From: Podarcis pityusensis
Taxonomy: Eukaryota
Assembly (NCBI GenBank): GCA_964106645.2
Contig: OZ067042.1
Direction: 5' to 3' (one strand)
Length of the DNA: 64,000 nucleotides
Both the position numbers and the translations under genes were made by a program. Of the stretch, positions 60,245-64,000 are shown piece after piece. Numbering within the stretch: position 1 is the first letter of the stretch; each line of letters starts with the position of its first letter. A model generated the notes under the pieces. That model saw only the letters and a program-made list of their open reading frames with translations, searched no databases and was not told the DNA's origin.

Positions 60245-62587
60245 CTTAAAGGGCAAAAAAGGATAAAAATGTTGCTAATTAATCAGTTCTAATTAATCAG
60301 TTTGTGTCTTCTATACTGAAAGAAGAAATCCACTCCCACAATCATATGACTCAGCTGGCAGCAAATGAGAAGGTGACCTCCCACAAGCACAAAAAAGATG
60401 GGGAATTACCTGATATCTGGACCCTTTATACAGATCTGTTTGCTTGAATGTCTGAGCACCAGGTTATTCTGGAATCTCGACCATCAGCCACCCCACCCCC
60501 TTTCCCTCATTCGTATGTACAAACACGTTGCCTTGATTTATTATGATTTTAGTTTGTACTGTTTGGCTGTATTTGTTTTCGTTTCTTTTTTGGAAAATAA
60601 AACAAAAAAGACTATGCATAAAAGACAGTGTGTGTGTCTGTGGCAAAGGCTGGGGACTGGTTCAGACACAACAAGAAACCATGATTTAGAATTACGTGAG
60701 TGAGCCCTAGGAGTGTGGATATCTTCCTCTCACATAGAACACAGAAAGTTGCCTTATAATGAGTCAGGCCGTCGCTCTATTTTATCAGTTGTGTCTAATG
60801 CAATTCCTGACAGGTGCTCTCCAGGGTTTCAGACAAAGATTTTTACCAACCCTACCTGGAAATGGCACATATTGCCTTTTCTTTTCTTTCAGTGAGTTTC
60901 AGCAATTTCCATACTTCCCCTTTCATATCAAACCTTCATTTATAGTTAGTTGTTCATGAGCATGATTTTACCTTTGCATGTTCTGTGTATTATATGTGCT
61001 TCATTGCACGGGCTTTATTATGCTATTTTTATTACCTTCACTTGTCTGTTAAAATCTGTTTGCTGTTTCTTTCCTCATTTTTTTTAAAATTAATTTTATT
61101 TTATTTTTTTTCTTGGCTATAACCTGAACTTGGTTGACCAATAAACTTTGGATTGGATATAGTTACTTCTGTCCAAGCAAACATGCCCTCTAAATCTGAA
61201 TTGCAAGCCATAGTTTGTTGGCTGTAACAGATGGAATTCCAGATGGCATTAAGTTATTCAAGGGAAACTCTAATTTACTATACATGTAAAGCACATAGCT
61301 CACCCCAAAGGATTCAGGGAACAGCAGTTTCCCCTTTACCAAGCTACAATTCCAAGCACCCTTAACAAACTACAGTTCCCAGGATTCTTTGGGGGTTTGT
61401 CATGTGCTTTAAAACTTTACGTATATGGTGTGTACACATCCTGACTTGTTTCTTCTGTGCTATTTTGTACTTTCTCCACTGTATGAACCCAGCTAGTCAG
61501 ATAAGCAAGGCTGATGACATCGCTAGGTAGTGAAATCAGATTAGGCAGCATGGTGCTGGCCCTGAGAACAAATGAAAGAGTATTGTCCTTACCTAAGAAA
61601 AGGGAGGAAGGAAACAGCATGTCCCAACAGTTAAGGCAACCACAGCACAGCATAGTGAGACAAAGAAAGTCCATGCAGTTGTCACTGCAGTGAGAAATGT
61701 TCCTTGCGCTGCTGCACTGAAACAGCTTCATTGCCGCATGTTGTAGCAAGACAGGGAACCATGGCCTACTGCCCCAGTTATCTTCGTAAAGGAGAAGGAG
61801 GACATCTGAGGAAGTCTCTCTCCAATAGAAGGTTGCAGGTAAGGGTGTTTTGGGGGTGGGGGGTGGGAGGTGGGGGGTAGGTGGGGAACAGGCTAACCAT
61901 CCCTGAACTAATTCTTAAACCATAGTTCTTAAACTAATCAGTGATGCAGTGAGAAATTGCATTAAAAGCAGACACAAGGGTATGCATGTAGAAGCCCATT
62001 ATACCGGAAAAGGTCCATTGTTTATTTAAAGCTTCACTGCAGCATTGGCTGTCAGGCTGTCAGGACTGTGTATGTTAGTGAAGGGGCAAAACCATGGGGC
62101 CAAATATTATTTCTGAGCCTCCTTGGGGCTTACCTATGAGAGCAGAAAATATCTTATGTATGCGGGTGTTACGTCACATAGAGGACAAAAGTGACTGTCA
62201 TCCCCTTTATTTCAAATAGTAAAATTCCACTGGTCTGCATAATCTGAGGCCTAGTTGCAGGCAGACTGCAGGAAGCCAGCATACATTCTATTAGATCCAT
62301 TCCTGAATTTCTAATGAACATTAGTGGAAATGTCACAATGGTGGAAATAAGAGAAAATACAATGAGTTGTTCATAACTAAGTTATAAACTAAGTTTATAA
62401 CGCTTCAAAATATTTCCCCCCTTTATTTCTTGGAATTGTTTCTACTTTGCTTCCAATATAAAATTATCAAAACATCTGCTATACAAAATTTAAAAAAACA
62501 AGGCTTGGTTATGTGATAATTCCAGATGGCCAGCCATAGCAAAGATATAGGTACTTATCTACTGATAGAAGCATTTTCTGCACTTAC

Positions 62588-62729
62588 ATCCACACTGCAG
62601 AGGAGGTCATTAAACCCCCAGACATGGTTTGACGAACAGCAAAGGGCTTTCAAGACCCCTAGCCATTCCGAGCTTAGCACTGTGCAGCAAGCGGTTAACT
62701 CTGCACACAAATTGGCAATGTCGTTGATT
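62588..62729 (-). CDS. MED12L: MED12L exon [47 protein letters not shown]
   Basis: ttctag|A...GAT|gtaagt, 142 bp, phase 2/0. Confidence 0.95.
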
Positions 62730-62781
62730 CTAGAAGAAAACAGAAAAGATAAATTAATGCTAATTGACTGACAACAAGATG

Positions 62782-62784
<3 letters not shown>

Positions 62785-62826
<42 letters not shown>

Positions 62827-62852
62827 GTATATGTGTATGTGTGTGTGTGTGT
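62785..62852. repeat. (GT)n microsatellite
   Basis: Read directly. Confidence 0.95.
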
Positions 62853-62862
62853 ATTGCAGTAG

Positions 62863-62935
62863 TCATAGAATCATAGAATTGTAGAGTTGGAAGGGAACCT
62901 GAGGATTATCTAATCCAACCCCACTGCAAGGCAGG
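62863..62935 (-). mobile_element. CR1 3' tail fragment
   Basis: tcatagaatcatagaattgtagagttggaaggga. Confidence 0.7.
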
Positions 62936-63195
62936 AATATGCAACTGTTGTATACAGGGATCAGACCTGCAACCTTGGTGTTACATCAGCACACTTTAAC
63001 CAACTGAGCTATTAAGACCACCAGTATGCTCCTTAACCCAAACTAATCTGCACCTAGTGAGTCAAGACCACCCATAACGTGAGCGAGCAGCGCTCAGCTT
63101 TGTTTCCTTTTCACTAACATTTTTAAGAGGAGGGAGGGAGGGAGGGGAATTTAATGTTTTAAAGAGGCAGCTTGGTCTCTGCAATGTCACCTTAC

Positions 63196-63423
63196 CTGCC
63201 TGTATCTTGGTGGCCCATGCATACATTCATCAGTGCATTACACACAAAACTATAGCGACTAGGTGCATTGTCATTCAAGATCTTGCCCAACATTGAATAA
63301 TTGAGGCTGTGGATTGAGGGATTCTCAATAAAATCCAACATGAACTCTGGATCCCATAACAAGTTGGAGTTTGAGGGCTGAACATTGCTATAGATGGTTT
63401 GCTTCACTTTTGAGCAGGCACTA
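63196..63423 (-). CDS. MED12L: MED12L exon [28 protein letters not shown]...GHQDTGR
   Basis: ttttag|T AGT...AG|gtaagg, 228 bp, phase 2/2; TAGTAG tandem acceptor. Confidence 0.94.
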
Positions 63424-64000
63424 CTAAAATAAAATAAAAGGGAAGAGTTAGGGAGGAAAATACAAACACTTTGCAGAATTCAGGTGTCTTTGGCCTATCA
63501 AATGTTTATTGAAATATGAGTTAAATAGCTACCCAATATTTTGTATTTTTCTCAGGTTACTAAGCACACTGGCTTTCAGATTTTAAGCACCTGAATGGGC
63601 TTGTCAAAGAAGTCAGATATATACCTACATTGGGAGAAAAATTGATTAGCCTAATTCTGAAGTCAGCAGTGCAACTGCAAAATCTGGGCATTGCAGAATC
63701 TTTTGGCTTGGATTAGATGCTCAATATGCTTTTTAGTTCATCACTCACAAAACTTCATAGTTCTCAAGCTGGATCTCAGTTTTAATCAGTGCAATAAATC
63801 ATACAATTATGTCTAAATTAACCACAAAACTCTTCTAAAACACTTTTGTATTAGTAGTAACAGGAAAAACAACAGCAGTGCTTACCCTTTAAGCTTTAAA
63901 TTTAAATCAAATGTTTTATGTACTGCCTGTTGAGCAGGCATTCCAAGACAGTGTACAGTAATATAAAAAATAATGCCAAAAATATACAAATTAAAATTAA

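Noticed and set aside
17100-64000. Nested P2RY12, P2RY13, P2RY14, GPR87 or GPR171 coding exons
   Set aside because: No + strand ORF of about 330-360 aa with seven transmembrane segments in the ORF track; these are expected in the large MED12L intron upstream of this window.

Overview
Vertebrate genomic DNA, very probably a squamate and likely a lacertid lizard (many Sauria SINEs with ACCTTT tails, CR1, L2 and Rex1 LINEs, hAT and Tc1/mariner MITEs). Two genes converge tail to tail. IGSF10 (+) has its last three coding exons at 482-4864, 6547-7447 and 9328-11236. MED12L (-) has its last 24 coding exons from 63423 down to the stop at 17043; I spliced them by hand and all phases are consistent. 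This matches the conserved MED12L/P2RY cluster/IGSF10 synteny block; no P2RY or GPR87 coding exon was seen in the window. I found no prokaryotic-type system, CRISPR array or clearly new protein-coding gene. The most notable observations are: two MED12L introns that need GC donors, one apparently from a shifted splice site on a polyQ-expanded exon; a miRNA seed cluster in the MED12L 3'UTR; a candidate in-frame cassette exon; a perfect intronic hairpin; candidate CTCF and haematopoietic enhancer motifs; and several unusual transposon junctions. Comparisons with human proteins are from memory, not from a database search.
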